Source: an uncultured SAR86 cluster bacterium (GTDB lineage: Bacteria > Pseudomonadota > Gammaproteobacteria > Magnimaribacterales > D2472). Taken from it: a stretch of DNA of 64,000 nucleotides. A program made the translations under genes and the position numbers. Each line of letters begins with the position of its first letter. Position 1 is the stretch's first letter. The notes beneath the pieces were generated by a model, which saw nothing but the letters and a program-made list of their open reading frames with translations, was not told the DNA's origin and searched no databases. Where the stretch lies: positions 15,627 through 79,626 of the forward strand of contig CACMYW010000001.1 in NCBI GenBank assembly GCA_902617955.1. Reading direction: 5' to 3'. Positions 1 to 11,071 of the stretch are shown one piece after another.

Positions 1-1
1 T

Positions 2-634
2 CTTTATTCATTCAGAAGATGTCCCTATGCAATGCGAGCACGAATGGCGATTTACCTCGCAGATATTGAGTGTGAACTAAGGGAGGTTTATTTAAAAAAT
101 AAACCCACTGAAATGCTAGAAGTTTCTCCCAAAGGGACGGTGCCTGTTTTACAACTAAATGATCAGGTCATCGAGGAGAGTAATGAGATTATCCAATGGG
201 CTTTATCTAAGAACTCAAAAAAATTAATGCTCTTGAATTCGGAGCAACAAGATTTTGCTTTAAAAACAATTCATGAATTTGATACTGACTTTAAGCATCA
301 CTTAGATCGATATAAATACTCTCAAAGATTCGATACAGACGCTCGAAATCATCGTGATTTTTGTGACGAGATTTTAGGCGCATTAGATAAAAATATCTCC
401 GAAAGTAAGTGGATTTTTTCTGACGAAGTTAGCTTGTTAGATATTTCAATATTACCTTTTATTAGGCAATTTAAAATTGCCGATAATGATCATTTTTTTA
501 ATCAGAAATACTCAAAAGTCATCAAGCTACTGAATCAATTTGAGGATTCCTCATTATTTCAGCAGATCATGAATAAATATGATGTTTGGAGTGCATCAGA
601 TAATAATTCGGTCTTATTCCCAACAACTCTATAG
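2..634 (+). CDS. Glutathione S-transferase family protein (5'-partial, runs off left edge)
   Basis: The frame is open from nt 2 (LYSFRRCPYAMRARMA...). It shows a thioredoxin-like GST N-terminal pattern (CPY ... SPKGTVPVL ... ES) followed by a helical C-terminal half. Confidence 0.6.
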   Translation, partial: LYSFRRCPYAMRARMAIYLADIECELREVYLKNKPTEMLEVSPKGTVPVLQLNDQVIEESNEIIQWALSKNSKKLMLLNSEQQDFALKTIHEFDTDFKHHLDRYKYSQRFDTDARNHRDFCDEILGALDKNISESKWIFSDEVSLLDISILPFIRQFKIADNDHFFNQKYSKVIKLLNQFEDSSLFQQIMNKYDVWSASDNNSVLFPTTL

Positions 635-2032
635 ACCAATAGTTTCATAAGAGATTGCAATTTTATCAATGGCTACTTTGTAGGCTGCTGTCCTGAGGTC
701 TGGTATCTTAGATTCAATCATTGCATCACGAACTTTTTGGTACGCCTCTCGCATCATGTCATCCAATCCTGAGCGAATTAGATCAATTTCTTCAACACCA
801 TTATTAAATTTGTTCTTGAATGCTTTAGGCATAGATTTTCCTGTCATGTTTTCAACTGCATCAATCATGTATTGAAGTTGAGTAAAATTTCTACGTTTTT
901 CTAACCTGCCAAATCGAATATGACGAAGATTCCTTACCCATTCAAAATAACTCACCGCGACACCACCAGCATTAGCAATAATATCAGGAATAATAATTAC
1001 ACCTTGTTTATTTAAAATCTCATCAGCCTCAAAGCTAATAGGCCCATTAGCAGCTTCGACAATTAATTTAGATTTAATGTTTTTAGCATTTTTTTGATCG
1101 ATAACATTTTCCTTGGCAGCCGGGATTAGAATATCGTAATTCGCAGTTAACATAGCATCTGTATTTTCTTTGAACCTGCCTTCAGGACAATTTTTAAAAG
1201 TTCCATGCTTGCTAAAAAATGATTTAGCTTTTTCTACGTCGATCCCCTTCGGATTTATTAGACCCCCATTAAACTCAATAATTGAAATAATTTTTGCTTC
1301 ATCATCTTCTTGTAAAAATTTAGCGGCATGATAGCCAACATTCCCAAAACCCTGAATACCGATCTTTTTATTCTTAAGAGTTCCTTTGAACTTTAATTTC
1401 TTTAAATCATCAGGATTTCTAAAAAATTCCCTAATAATAAATTGCACACCTCTGCCAGTTGCTTCAACCCTACCTGCTATTCCTCCTTTACCGACAGGTT
1501 TTCCAGTTACGCAAGCCTTACCATTAATGTCTGCAGGACTCATGATTCTGTACTCGTCTGCTATCCAGGCCATCTCTCTAGATCCGGTTCCCATATCTGG
1601 GGCAGGGACATTTCTTGCCGGATCAATCATATCCCGCTTAATTAGCTCTTGAGCAAAGCGCCTTGTAATTTTTTCTAACTCATTTTCAGTCCACTGAGTT
1701 GGATCAATCTTTAATCCACCTTTTGATCCACCATAAGGAACTTCAATAATTGCATTTTTATAAGTCATTAATGCTGCTAATGCCTCTACTTCCTTAAGAT
1801 TTGCATCAAGGTCATACCTGATACCACCTTTGACCGGCTCCATATGCTCTGAATGAACACATCGCCAACCGGTAAATGTATGAATTTTATCGCGCAGCCT
1901 TACCCCAAAATTAATTGAATAAGTAGCATTAGGAACCTTAATTCGATGTGCAACATCCGGCGATACATCCGAATACTTAAGCGCTTTATCAATTAAACGA
2001 TTTGTTGATTCGAGCATAGAAAGCTTTGTCAT
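629..2032 (-). CDS. gdhA: Glutamate dehydrogenase (Glu/Leu/Phe/Val dehydrogenase family)
   Basis: 467-aa ORF with the catalytic-Lys motif PYGGSKGG and the Rossmann motif GFGNVG. A strong SD (AGGGGTGAT) precedes the ATG. Confidence 0.85.
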   Translation of the reverse strand: MTKLSMLESTNRLIDKALKYSDVSPDVAHRIKVPNATYSINFGVRLRDKIHTFTGWRCVHSEHMEPVKGGIRYDLDANLKEVEALAALMTYKNAIIEVPYGGSKGGLKIDPTQWTENELEKITRRFAQELIKRDMIDPARNVPAPDMGTGSREMAWIADEYRIMSPADINGKACVTGKPVGKGGIAGRVEATGRGVQFIIREFFRNPDDLKKLKFKGTLKNKKIGIQGFGNVGYHAAKFLQEDDEAKIISIIEFNGGLINPKGIDVEKAKSFFSKHGTFKNCPEGRFKENTDAMLTANYDILIPAAKENVIDQKNAKNIKSKLIVEAANGPISFEADEILNKQGVIIIPDIIANAGGVAVSYFEWVRNLRHIRFGRLEKRRNFTQLQYMIDAVENMTGKSMPKAFKNKFNNGVEEIDLIRSGLDDMMREAYQKVRDAMIESKIPDLRTAAYKVAIDKIAISYETIGL

Positions 2033-2096
2033 CCAATCACCCCTATTAATAGTATAGATTATATGATTTTTCTCTTATAATGTGATCCTTTTGCGT

Positions 2097-2174
2097 GGCG
2101 GGCGTAGCTCAGTTGGTTAGAGCGCTGGATTGTGGCTCCGGAGGCCGTGGGTTCGAACCCCATCGCTCGCCCCA
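2097..2174 (+). tRNA. tRNA-His (anticodon GTG)
   Basis: Hand-folded cloverleaf: extra G(-1), acceptor GCGGGCG/CGCTCGC, D arm GCTC-AGTTGGTTA-GAGC, anticodon stem CTGGA/TCCGG with loop TTGTGGC, T arm GTGGG-TTCGAAC-CCCAT, discriminator C and encoded CCA. Confidence 0.93.
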
Positions 2175-2192
2175 TCAATTAGATAAAAACTT

Positions 2193-3497
2193 ATGACCAG
2201 TAAACTAAAAAAACTCAAAGATCTAAGTCGAAAGTTGACCGTAAATGTCGAGACTAAAAAATACGACGAAAAATATCAGGCCAAGCTTAATAAGATTAGG
2301 TCTACCGTAAAGCTTGATGGATTTAGAAAGGGCAAAGTGCCAAACGATGTGCTAATTCAAAAATATGGACCTTCAATTCACTATGAGGTGTTGAATGAAG
2401 TAATTCAGGAAACTTACCCGCTTGAGATAGCTGAAAAAGAAATTAAACCAGCATCTTCACCCAACATCAGCATTGATTCTGAGGACCCTAAAAAGGGTAT
2501 TGTGTATTCAGCAGAATTCGAAGTTTTTCCAGAATTTAAACCTAAACTTACTAGATGGAAGTCTTTTGAGGAATCAAAGATTACTGTTGAAAGTGATGAT
2601 ATTGATCTTGCTGTAGCAGATATTTTAGAGCGCTATGGTACTTGGAAGGATGTTGACAGAGCTGCTTTAGAGAAAGATCAAGTGATCATTGACTTCACAG
2701 GCACCGTTGACGGTGAAGAGTTTGAGGGAAATTCATCCAAAGACTTTGCTCTGGTAATTGGATCAAAATCCATGATTCCAGGTTTTGAGGATGCAATTAT
2801 CGGTAAGAAAATAAATGAAGAATTTAATGCAGAAGTTAAATTTCCAGATGATTATTTTAAAAGTGATCTTGCAGGAAAAAATGCAAATTTCTTAATCAAA
2901 GTAAATAAAGTTCAAGAAAAACAAAATGCATCCGTCAATGAAGAGCTTTATAAATCTTTGGCAATGGAAGAAGTTAAAAATGAGCAGGACTTCAAGGCAG
3001 AAATTGAAAATAGAATGCAACAAGAAGTCAAACAACAAGAAGACTCTCTTACAAGAGAATCAATCTATGACTTGTTGCTTGAGGTAAATAAGTTTTCTGC
3101 ACCAAGTTCAGTTGTAAATGAGCAGGCTACTCTGATGAGAAAAGATTCATTAATGAGAATGGGCCAACAAGCTGATGAAGCACCGGAGGATTTATTTCCT
3201 TTAGATACTTTTTTAGAAAACGCAGAAAAAAGGGTTAAATTGGATTTGTTGTTTAGTGAGTTTGTAAAGTTTTTTAAATTAGAAGTTAATCAAGAAAGGG
3301 TTGATGAGTTTGTTTACAAGGAAGCAGAAAAATACAAAGATCCAGATCAATTTAAGACATGGATCAAATCTCAACCTAAACAGCTCGATAATTATAAAAT
3401 GATCATTTTAGAAGAGCTGCTTATTGAAAAATTGAAAAATGAGCTTAAATCAAAGGTAAAGGAAATTAAATTCAAAGATTTAGCCAACATAAAATAA
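2193..3497 (+). CDS. tig: Trigger factor
   Basis: 434 aa with the ribosome-binding signature GFRKGKVP and an FKBP-like central domain. It lies in conserved tig-clpP-clpX-lon synteny. Confidence 0.93.
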   Translation: MTSKLKKLKDLSRKLTVNVETKKYDEKYQAKLNKIRSTVKLDGFRKGKVPNDVLIQKYGPSIHYEVLNEVIQETYPLEIAEKEIKPASSPNISIDSEDPKKGIVYSAEFEVFPEFKPKLTRWKSFEESKITVESDDIDLAVADILERYGTWKDVDRAALEKDQVIIDFTGTVDGEEFEGNSSKDFALVIGSKSMIPGFEDAIIGKKINEEFNAEVKFPDDYFKSDLAGKNANFLIKVNKVQEKQNASVNEELYKSLAMEEVKNEQDFKAEIENRMQQEVKQQEDSLTRESIYDLLLEVNKFSAPSSVVNEQATLMRKDSLMRMGQQADEAPEDLFPLDTFLENAEKRVKLDLLFSEFVKFFKLEVNQERVDEFVYKEAEKYKDPDQFKTWIKSQPKQLDNYKMIILEELLIEKLKNELKSKVKEIKFKDLANIK

Positions 3498-3499
3498 TT

Positions 3500-4129
3500 A
3501 TGGATCATAAAACTGACATTCTTAATTCTGGTTTAGTACCAATGGTTGTTGAGCAAACACCCAGAGGTGAGAGAGCCTTTGATATTTATTCAAGACTGCT
3601 TAAGGAAAGAATAATTTTCCTTACCGGACCTATTGATGATTACATATCAAACCTAGTCATCGCTCAATTATTGTTTCTTGAATCAGAAAATCCTGAAAAA
3701 GACATCAGTATTTATATTAACTCTCCAGGTGGAATCATTTCATCAGGACTTGCAATTTATGACACCATGCAATTTGTTAAGCCGGAGGTTGCTACTTTAT
3801 GTGTTGGTCAAGCGGCAAGCATGGGTTCTCTTTTGTTGGCAGGTGGAGCAGCTGGCAAAAGGTTTGCGTTACCTAATTCACGTGTGATGATTCATCAGCC
3901 GCTAGGTGGTTTTCAGGGCCAAGCATCTGATATAGAAATTCATGCCAAAGAGATTTTAGTGATGAAGCAAAAAGTTAATGAAATTCTGGCTAAACATACA
4001 GGTAAAACTCTTAAGAAGATCGAGCAAGATACTGATCGAGACAATTTTTTAAATGCTGATGAAGCCAAATCATATGGGATTATTGACGATATCCTAGATT
4101 CAAGAGACGATACTAAAGATGGAAAGTAG
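3500..4129 (+). CDS. clpP: ATP-dependent Clp protease proteolytic subunit
   Basis: Active-site contexts GQAASMGS (Ser) and MIHQPLGG (His), plus synteny. Confidence 0.96.
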   Translation: MDHKTDILNSGLVPMVVEQTPRGERAFDIYSRLLKERIIFLTGPIDDYISNLVIAQLLFLESENPEKDISIYINSPGGIISSGLAIYDTMQFVKPEVATLCVGQAASMGSLLLAGGAAGKRFALPNSRVMIHQPLGGFQGQASDIEIHAKEILVMKQKVNEILAKHTGKTLKKIEQDTDRDNFLNADEAKSYGIIDDILDSRDDTKDGK

Positions 4130-5366
4130 CGACAATCAAAAACTAACTTGTTCCTTTTGTGGTAAAAATCAAGAGGACGTAAAAAAACTCATAGCGGGTC
4201 CAAGTGTCTACATTTGTGATGAATGTGTTGATTTGTGTAATGACATTATCGAAGAAGAAATCAAAGCTGATGATCCAGACACTCTAAACGAACTTCCCTC
4301 ACCAGCAGAAATATTTAGTCAATTGGATGATTATGTTATCGGTCAAGAAAAAGCTAAGAAAGTTTTATCTGTTGCAGTTTATAACCATTATAAAAGATTA
4401 AAAAATCAATCAAATAAAGACGCTGTTGAACTCCAAAAAAGCAATGTTTTATTGCTCGGACCAACCGGAAGTGGAAAGACTCTTCTTGCTCAAACGCTTG
4501 CAAGAATTCTTAACGTTCCATTTACCATTGCTGATGCTACAACTCTTACTGAGGCAGGTTATGTTGGTGAGGACGTTGAAAACATTATCCAAAAACTTCT
4601 TCAAAAATGTGATTATGATCCTGAAAAAGCACGACTCGGAATTGTTTATATTGATGAAATTGACAAGATTGCAAGAAAGTCTGATAACCCATCAATAACG
4701 AGAGACGTATCTGGTGAAGGTGTTCAACAGGCGCTATTAAAGTTAATTGAAGGTACTGTTGCATCCATTCCTCCTCAAGGTGGCAGGAAACACCCTCAAC
4801 AAGAGTTCATTCAAATAGATACGTCTAACATCTTATTTATCTGTGGAGGAGCATTCTCGGGCATTGATGAGGTTGTTAAACAAAGAACTGATAAATCAGG
4901 TATTGGTTTTTCTGCAGCCATCAAAGATACAGATGCTTCCTTGCAAAATTTAGTTGATCAGCTTGAGCCTGAGGATTTGGTTAAGTACGGTTTAATTCCT
5001 GAGTTTGTTGGAAGGCTGCCTGTAATCTCAACACTTCATGAGCTCGATGAAAAATCGTTAGTTAGAATTTTACAAGAACCTAAAAATGCTCTGGTTGATC
5101 AATATAAATACTTATTTGATTTGGATTCGGTCAATTTGGATTTCAAGGAGTCAGCTCTAAAAGAAGTTGCCCGACAAGCTATCAAAAGGAAAACGGGTGC
5201 CAGAGGCTTGAGATCAATCATGGAAGAAATCTTAATGGATACGATGTTTGAACTTCCAAATGAAGAGCTTGAAAAAGTTGTTGTTGATGAAAATGCAGCT
5301 TCTAGACAATCAGACCCAATTAAGGTTTACAAAACACCTAAAAAGAAAACCTCTTCAGGTTCTTAA
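4119..5366 (+). CDS. clpX: ATP-dependent Clp protease ATP-binding subunit ClpX
   Basis: N-terminal zinc finger CSFCGK...CDEC and Walker A GPTGSGKT. It overlaps clpP by 11 nt. Confidence 0.96.
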   Translation: MESSDNQKLTCSFCGKNQEDVKKLIAGPSVYICDECVDLCNDIIEEEIKADDPDTLNELPSPAEIFSQLDDYVIGQEKAKKVLSVAVYNHYKRLKNQSNKDAVELQKSNVLLLGPTGSGKTLLAQTLARILNVPFTIADATTLTEAGYVGEDVENIIQKLLQKCDYDPEKARLGIVYIDEIDKIARKSDNPSITRDVSGEGVQQALLKLIEGTVASIPPQGGRKHPQQEFIQIDTSNILFICGGAFSGIDEVVKQRTDKSGIGFSAAIKDTDASLQNLVDQLEPEDLVKYGLIPEFVGRLPVISTLHELDEKSLVRILQEPKNALVDQYKYLFDLDSVNLDFKESALKEVARQAIKRKTGARGLRSIMEEILMDTMFELPNEELEKVVVDENAASRQSDPIKVYKTPKKKTSSGS

Positions 5367-5370
5367 TTAG

Positions 5371-7782
5371 ATGCCCTCAGTAAAATACGACTTACCTTTA
5401 TTGCCCCTTAGGGATGTTGTCGTATTTCCTGGCAATGTTACAACCTTGTTTGTTGGGAGAGAGCCATCAATCAATGCACTTAATCAAGCAATGGCAGCTA
5501 ATAAAAAAATTCTTTTAGGAACCCAAATCGATGGCTCAATAGATAATCCATCATTTGATGAAATATACAAAGTACAAACTCTTGCAACCATCTTACAGTT
5601 GATCAAGCTTCCTGATGGAACGGTCAAATTATTGGTTGAGGGCGATCACAGATGTGAGGCCTTAAAAGTTCTAAAAGAAAAAGATTTTCTTAAAGCCCAA
5701 GTGAAAATTATTCCTGAATCTCAGCTAGATCCTGCTGATAATAAAAACTTATGTAACTTTATCAAAGGCAAATTTGGAGATTTTATAAAAATTACAAAAA
5801 AAGTTGCTCCTGAAGTTCTTTCAAGCATCGATGCATTCGATGATGTAACAAGAGTGATCGATTCTGTTGTATCACATCTTCCTACTTCAATTTCAGACGC
5901 TCAATCAATTTTAGAATGCGAGGATTTATCCAAAAGGGCAGATATGCTCATCAGTTTGATACAAGGACAAATTGATGCCGTTGATGTAGATAAAAAAATT
6001 AGAGATAGAGTTAAAAAACAAATGGAGAAATCTCAAAGAGAGTACTACCTCAATGAACAGATCAAAGCTGCTCAAAAAGAATTAGGTGACATTACTGAAG
6101 AGGGTGATGAAATTTCCCAACTCGAAGCACAAATAAAAAAATCTGGCATGCCGAAAGACGCCCTTAAAAAAGCCATGAGTGAGTTTTCTAAGTTTAAGCT
6201 AATGTCGCCGATGTCAGCAGAAGCTTCGGTCGTAAGATCTTATCTTGATTGGGTCTCAAATCTGCCTTGGAAAAAGAAAACTAAGATTAAATCAAATATA
6301 AAAAACGCTTTATGTGTTCTTGATAATGACCATTATGGATTAGAGGAAATCAAAGAGAGAATTTTAGAGTATCTAGCAGTTCAAAAAAGAGTTAAAAAAC
6401 TCAAAGCACCAGTGCTTTGCTTGGTTGGCCCTCCTGGAGTTGGTAAAACATCTTTAGGTCAATCCATTGCAAATGCAACCAATCGAAAGTTTATAAGAAT
6501 GTCCTTAGGTGGGGTAAGAGACGAGGCTGAAATTCGCGGTCACCGTAGAACGTATATTGGCTCCATGCCAGGAAAAATTATTCAAAAAATTTCTAAAGCT
6601 GATTCAAAGAACCCCCTCTTCTTGCTAGATGAAATAGACAAGATGGGTATGGATTTTCGTGGCGATCCTGCTTCTGCTCTCTTGGAAGTTTTAGATCCTG
6701 AACAAAACTCTACATTTTCAGATCATTATCTTGAGATCGATTTTGATTTATCAGAAGTTATGTTTGTTTGTACGGCAAATAGTTTAAATATCCCAGGCCC
6801 ATTGCTAGATAGAATGGAGATCATAAGAATTCCAGGATATATTGAAGATGAGAAATTAAATATCGCCAAGCAGTACTTGATACCGAAGCAACTGGAAAGG
6901 AATGGTCTTGGATCTGAAGAAGTTAATTTTGATGATAAAGCAATCTTAGATCTCATTAGATATTACACTCGAGAAGCAGGCGTTAGAGGTCTTGAAAGAC
7001 AAATTTCAAAAGTTCTAAGAAAGTCTGTTAAAGAAATTGAACTCAGTAGTCAAAAACTTTTACAAACTAAAGTTACATCCAAAAACTTAGAAAAGTATAA
7101 CGGTGTAAGGAAGTTCCAATTTGGGACCGCTGATAAAGAAGATAGTATTGGAAAGCTTGCGGGATTAGCTTGGACAGAAGTTGGCGGCGAACTTCTAACT
7201 ATTGAAGCATCTAAAGTTCCTGGAAAAGGTAGGATTATTAAGACAGGCTCACTAGGAGATGTGATGCAAGAATCTATTCAAGCTGCACTAACTGTGGTTA
7301 GATCAAGGTCAAAAATCTTAGGACTCAATCCCTCATTTCATGAAAAATTGGATATTCATATTCATGTACCTGAGGGCGCAACCCCTAAAGACGGGCCAAG
7401 TGCGGGAATTGGTATGTGTACAGCTCTAATATCTGTTCTTACCGATATCCCCATAAGATCTGATACAGCCATGACCGGAGAAATCACACTTCACGGTCAA
7501 GTCTTAAAAATCGGAGGATTAAAAGAAAAGCTTTTAGCTGCAAAGCGTGCGGGTATTAAACAAGTGATCATTCCTGAAGAGAATTTTCCTGAGTTAAAAG
7601 AGTTTCCAAAACAAATAACCAAAGCTCTGAAAATCCATCCCGTTAAATGGATTGATGAAGTGATTTCCCTTGCGCTTACTGATGAGCCCAAAGCCAAATC
7701 GTCAAAAAGGCAATCAAAATCAAAACCCTCACCGGTAAAATCTAGTTCCAAACCAGCTACACCCAAGCAACGGTCCCATTAA
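5371..7782 (+). CDS. lon: Lon protease (LonA)
   Basis: 803 aa with Walker A GPPGVGKT and the protease Ser motif PKDGPSAG. It also carries an unusual K/S/P-rich C-terminal tail. Confidence 0.96.
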   Translation: MPSVKYDLPLLPLRDVVVFPGNVTTLFVGREPSINALNQAMAANKKILLGTQIDGSIDNPSFDEIYKVQTLATILQLIKLPDGTVKLLVEGDHRCEALKVLKEKDFLKAQVKIIPESQLDPADNKNLCNFIKGKFGDFIKITKKVAPEVLSSIDAFDDVTRVIDSVVSHLPTSISDAQSILECEDLSKRADMLISLIQGQIDAVDVDKKIRDRVKKQMEKSQREYYLNEQIKAAQKELGDITEEGDEISQLEAQIKKSGMPKDALKKAMSEFSKFKLMSPMSAEASVVRSYLDWVSNLPWKKKTKIKSNIKNALCVLDNDHYGLEEIKERILEYLAVQKRVKKLKAPVLCLVGPPGVGKTSLGQSIANATNRKFIRMSLGGVRDEAEIRGHRRTYIGSMPGKIIQKISKADSKNPLFLLDEIDKMGMDFRGDPASALLEVLDPEQNSTFSDHYLEIDFDLSEVMFVCTANSLNIPGPLLDRMEIIRIPGYIEDEKLNIAKQYLIPKQLERNGLGSEEVNFDDKAILDLIRYYTREAGVRGLERQISKVLRKSVKEIELSSQKLLQTKVTSKNLEKYNGVRKFQFGTADKEDSIGKLAGLAWTEVGGELLTIEASKVPGKGRIIKTGSLGDVMQESIQAALTVVRSRSKILGLNPSFHEKLDIHIHVPEGATPKDGPSAGIGMCTALISVLTDIPIRSDTAMTGEITLHGQVLKIGGLKEKLLAAKRAGIKQVIIPEENFPELKEFPKQITKALKIHPVKWIDEVISLALTDEPKAKSSKRQSKSKPSPVKSSSKPATPKQRSH

Positions 7783-7863
7783 CAATAGGTTTTTAAACTT
7801 GACATTTCTACATATATCGACTTTCATAGGTTATAGCAATCATATCTAACGAGAGGAGATAAT

Positions 7864-8142
7864 ATGAATAAATCTGATTTAGTTGATGCAGTTGCAAGTT
7901 CTGCTGATCTAACAAAAGCTTCTGCTGCTAGAGCAGTTGATGCAACATTAGATGCAATTGGTGGTGCACTTGGAAATGGCGATTCAGTTTCACTAGTTGG
8001 TTTTGGAACTTTTTCTGTAAGGCACAGAGCTGCTAGAGATGGTAGAAACCCACAGACAGGAGCTCCAATGCATATTCCTGCATCAAAGGTTCCAGGTTTT
8101 AAAGCTGGTAAAGGGCTAAAAGATAAGGTAAAAGGCTCCTAA
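7864..8142 (+). CDS. hupB: DNA-binding protein HU
   Basis: 92 aa with the HU arm motif [21 protein letters not shown], a canonical SD (GAGAGGAGA) and a position after lon as in E. coli. Confidence 0.93.
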   Translation: MNKSDLVDAVASSADLTKASAARAVDATLDAIGGALGNGDSVSLVGFGTFSVRHRAARDGRNPQTGAPMHIPASKVPGFKAGKGLKDKVKGS

Positions 8143-8164
8143 TCTAACCTTTTAATTTACAAAA

Positions 8165-8191
8165 AGGGGTGCTTTTGCATCCCTTTTTTTT
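8165..8191 (+). terminator. Rho-independent terminator after hupB
   Basis: Stem AGGGGTGC / GCATCCCT (one G-U pair), loop TTTT, followed by a T-run. Confidence 0.75.
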
Positions 8192-8227
8192 GTATCATGC
8201 GTTTTGTTTTTATAATTATTGCTAGTC

Positions 8228-10078
8228 ATGTTGAATTCATTTAGAAATCTACTTTCAGGAAAGACACTTTATGTAATCGTAGGCGTATGTGCGCTACCGT
8301 TTATTTTTACAGGCGTGTCCTCATTCAACACTCTTTTTTCAAATTATGGGACTGTAAATGGGATCGAAGTAACTCAATTAGATGTTAATAATGCAACCAT
8401 TAGAGTTGAGGAAAGATACAAGTCCATATTTGGTGAAAACTTCTCGATTGATCAACTTCAAGAGCAAGAGCTGTTAAATCTTATAAAGTCACAAATCACG
8501 AATCAAAAGATTATTGAAGCAATGGCGTTTAATAATAACTTAGATATCTCTATGGATGATGTTAAACGAGCCATTATCAAAGAGGAAACTTTCCTAGATG
8601 AAAACGGTAAATTTGATCAATCAATTTTTGAAGCAGCTGTAAGAGGAGCAGGTATGATTCCGGATGAGTATCTTCAGTTTGTTCTCACGTCCATCACTGC
8701 AGATAACCTAATAAGTGCAATTTCTCAATCCACTTTTATTTTGAATGAAGATTTAATTGACTTTACTGCCTTCGCAGAGGCAACGAAGGATATTAAATTT
8801 ATTAAATCTGATCGTGATGAAATAATTTCATTTCAAGTTTCATCTGGTGAAGAAGCCAAAGAATTTTATCAGGCTAATCAATTGTTATTTCTTTCAGATG
8901 AAAAAAGAGAGTTTAATTATGCTTTCAATTCACTGGAGAGCTTTTCAAAGAATTTAGATATTGATAATGAGCTTATTGAAAACGCCTATCAGGAATACCT
9001 TTTAGAGATTCAAATGAGCAGTCAAAACAGAATCTCGCATATTATGCTTTCTAAATCTAATGATGATGTAGTCAAGATTGCTCAAGAGGTATATGAGGAT
9101 CTTATTAATGGAGTTATTGATTTTACTGAGGCTGTAAAAAGATACAGCGATGATGAAGCTTCTATTGAAGCAGCAGGTGATCTTGGTTATTCAAGCGGCG
9201 ATGCTTTTCCTCAAGAATTTGAGGACGCAATAAAAGAGCTTTCACTTAACCAAATTTCATCCCCAATTGATTTAGGTGAAACGATTCACATTATTAAAGT
9301 AACTGAAACTCTAAAATCTGAAGCTGAATCAAAAAAATCTTTTGCAGATAATTTAAGGCAAGAGTTTGTTAATGAAGAGGCAGGATTGCTGATGGGACAG
9401 GCAATGATTGATGCAGAGGAACTAGTGCTATCTGGCGGTAACTTGAACTCCATTGTCGATACCTTGCAGTTAAAAGTACAAAGCACAAAAGCCATAACCG
9501 AATCTGAATTTAGTGAAAGTATCATTGCTGATGCTCGACCTTTTTTTGATGCTGCACTTGTTGAGGGTGACATTAAGGTGATTGAAGTCCAGGATGGTTT
9601 TTATGTTATTGAGCTTAATTCTATTGAACCACCTAAGGTAAGATCATTTAAAGACTCTCGTCAAAAAGCCATAAATGAAGTGCGCGCACAAAAAGCAGAT
9701 GAATTAATCGCTGAAATGCAATTGAGTGCATTTGCTCGGCTTGCAGATGAAAATCAAACGGACCTACCGAAAGGATTTGAAAAAGAAAGTTTTAAAAATA
9801 TAACTCGATATTCTTCATTACTCCCAAGAGAAATTATTGATGCAATTTTTAAATCAAATCCTGGGGATACATTCTCTGAGACCGCAAGCGATAACAATCG
9901 ATATTGGATATCGGTTACTAGCGCCAATGTTTTAAGTGATGAGGAAATCACTCAAAAGATTGAAGGGTATCGAGATGTTGTTTTGCAGTATGCAAATCAA
10001 CAAGATGCAGTACTGATTGATCAAAAATTAAAAGAAAATGTGAAGGTTAATTTAAGAAATTTGGATCCTCAAACTTAA
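8228..10078 (+). CDS. ppiD: Periplasmic chaperone / peptidyl-prolyl isomerase PpiD
   Basis: N-terminal TM anchor and a parvulin-like region, with synteny after hupB. I prefer the ATG at 8228 ([12 protein letters not shown]...) over the TTG at 8219 used by the ORF track. Confidence 0.8.
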   Translation: MLNSFRNLLSGKTLYVIVGVCALPFIFTGVSSFNTLFSNYGTVNGIEVTQLDVNNATIRVEERYKSIFGENFSIDQLQEQELLNLIKSQITNQKIIEAMAFNNNLDISMDDVKRAIIKEETFLDENGKFDQSIFEAAVRGAGMIPDEYLQFVLTSITADNLISAISQSTFILNEDLIDFTAFAEATKDIKFIKSDRDEIISFQVSSGEEAKEFYQANQLLFLSDEKREFNYAFNSLESFSKNLDIDNELIENAYQEYLLEIQMSSQNRISHIMLSKSNDDVVKIAQEVYEDLINGVIDFTEAVKRYSDDEASIEAAGDLGYSSGDAFPQEFEDAIKELSLNQISSPIDLGETIHIIKVTETLKSEAESKKSFADNLRQEFVNEEAGLLMGQAMIDAEELVLSGGNLNSIVDTLQLKVQSTKAITESEFSESIIADARPFFDAALVEGDIKVIEVQDGFYVIELNSIEPPKVRSFKDSRQKAINEVRAQKADELIAEMQLSAFARLADENQTDLPKGFEKESFKNITRYSSLLPREIIDAIFKSNPGDTFSETASDNNRYWISVTSANVLSDEEITQKIEGYRDVVLQYANQQDAVLIDQKLKENVKVNLRNLDPQT

Positions 10079-10866
10079 CGATCTTCATACTCATTAACAG
10101 ATAGCGCTGCAGTATTAAAACCACCGTCCACATAACAGATTTCTCCCGTGATCCCGCTTGCCAAACCAGAACATAAAAAGGCTGCTACGTTGCCAACTTC
10201 TTCTGTTGTGACGGTTCTTCCTAACGGAGCTCGATCGGCATAACTAGTAAGCATTTTTCTGAAGTTTTTTACACCCGATGCTGCTAACGTTTTAATGGGT
10301 CCTGCAGAAATGCCATTCACCCTAATCTGATCTCTACCCATAGCTGCTGCAAGAAATCTTACATTTGCCTCTAGACTGGCTTTGGCTAAACCCATTACGT
10401 TGTAGTTGGGAAGCGATTGTTGAGCACCTAGATAGCTGAGTGTTAATAAAGCACTGTTTTCATTTAAATAGGGTTTTGCCCCCTTAGCTAACGCCGTAAA
10501 GCTATAAGAACTAATATCGTGGGCAATCTGAAAGCCTTCTCTTGTTGCCGCATCCAAATAGTTACCATCAAGCTCATGCCCTGGAGCAAAACCAATCGAG
10601 TGGATCAACCCGTCAAACTTATCCCATGTTTTTGCAATCGCTTGATACATTTGCTCAATAGATATATCTGAACTTACATCGCACTCTACTAAAAGGTCTG
10701 AATCGTATTCAGTTGCAAGCTTAGATACATTCTTCAGCAATCTCTCACTTTGATAGCTAAATGCAAGCTCAGCTCCTTGAGCGTGCATTGCAGCGGCTAT
10801 ACCATTAGCAATAGAGTGTTTATTAGCAAGCCCAGCAATTAAGAATCTCTTACCCTTTAAAAACAT
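10075..10866 (-). CDS. fabI: Enoyl-[acyl-carrier-protein] reductase (NADH) FabI
   Basis: 263-aa SDR-type protein with the FabI N-terminus ([19 protein letters not shown]). SD GAAGGGG. Confidence 0.92.
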   Translation of the reverse strand: MFLKGKRFLIAGLANKHSIANGIAAAMHAQGAELAFSYQSERLLKNVSKLATEYDSDLLVECDVSSDISIEQMYQAIAKTWDKFDGLIHSIGFAPGHELDGNYLDAATREGFQIAHDISSYSFTALAKGAKPYLNENSALLTLSYLGAQQSLPNYNVMGLAKASLEANVRFLAAAMGRDQIRVNGISAGPIKTLAASGVKNFRKMLTSYADRAPLGRTVTTEEVGNVAAFLCSGLASGITGEICYVDGGFNTAALSVNEYEDR

Positions 10867-11012
10867 GGTATATACCCCTTCAACTTATTGATTTTCTTAC
10901 AATAATTATCTCATACCTTTTCTTTAGGCTCTATTTTTGATGGGTAATAAGTTTTTTTATCATTTTTATGTATTTAATGTATCTTTGAGGTGAATTTTTA
11001 CCTCAAATTATG

Positions 11013-11041
11013 TTGCTGTGGTAGCTAAAAAGAGCTAATAT
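11013..11041 (+). promoter_or_regulatory. Putative sigma70 promoter of the first TBDR gene
   Basis: TTGCTG-N17-TAATAT. The 12-bp palindrome ATAAGCGCTTAT (11040-11051) overlaps the -10 and the predicted start site. Confidence 0.3.
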
Positions 11042-11071
11042 AAGCGCTTATGTCATTTAAAGGGGACAGTT

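Noticed and set aside
2097-2174. tRNA-His and tRNA-Ala (39478..39553) as possible integration sites flanking genomic islands.
   Set aside because: I saw no integrase, recombinase, transposase or phage gene next to either tRNA, no duplicated tRNA 3' end, and no obvious compositional break. Flanking genes are core or metabolic.
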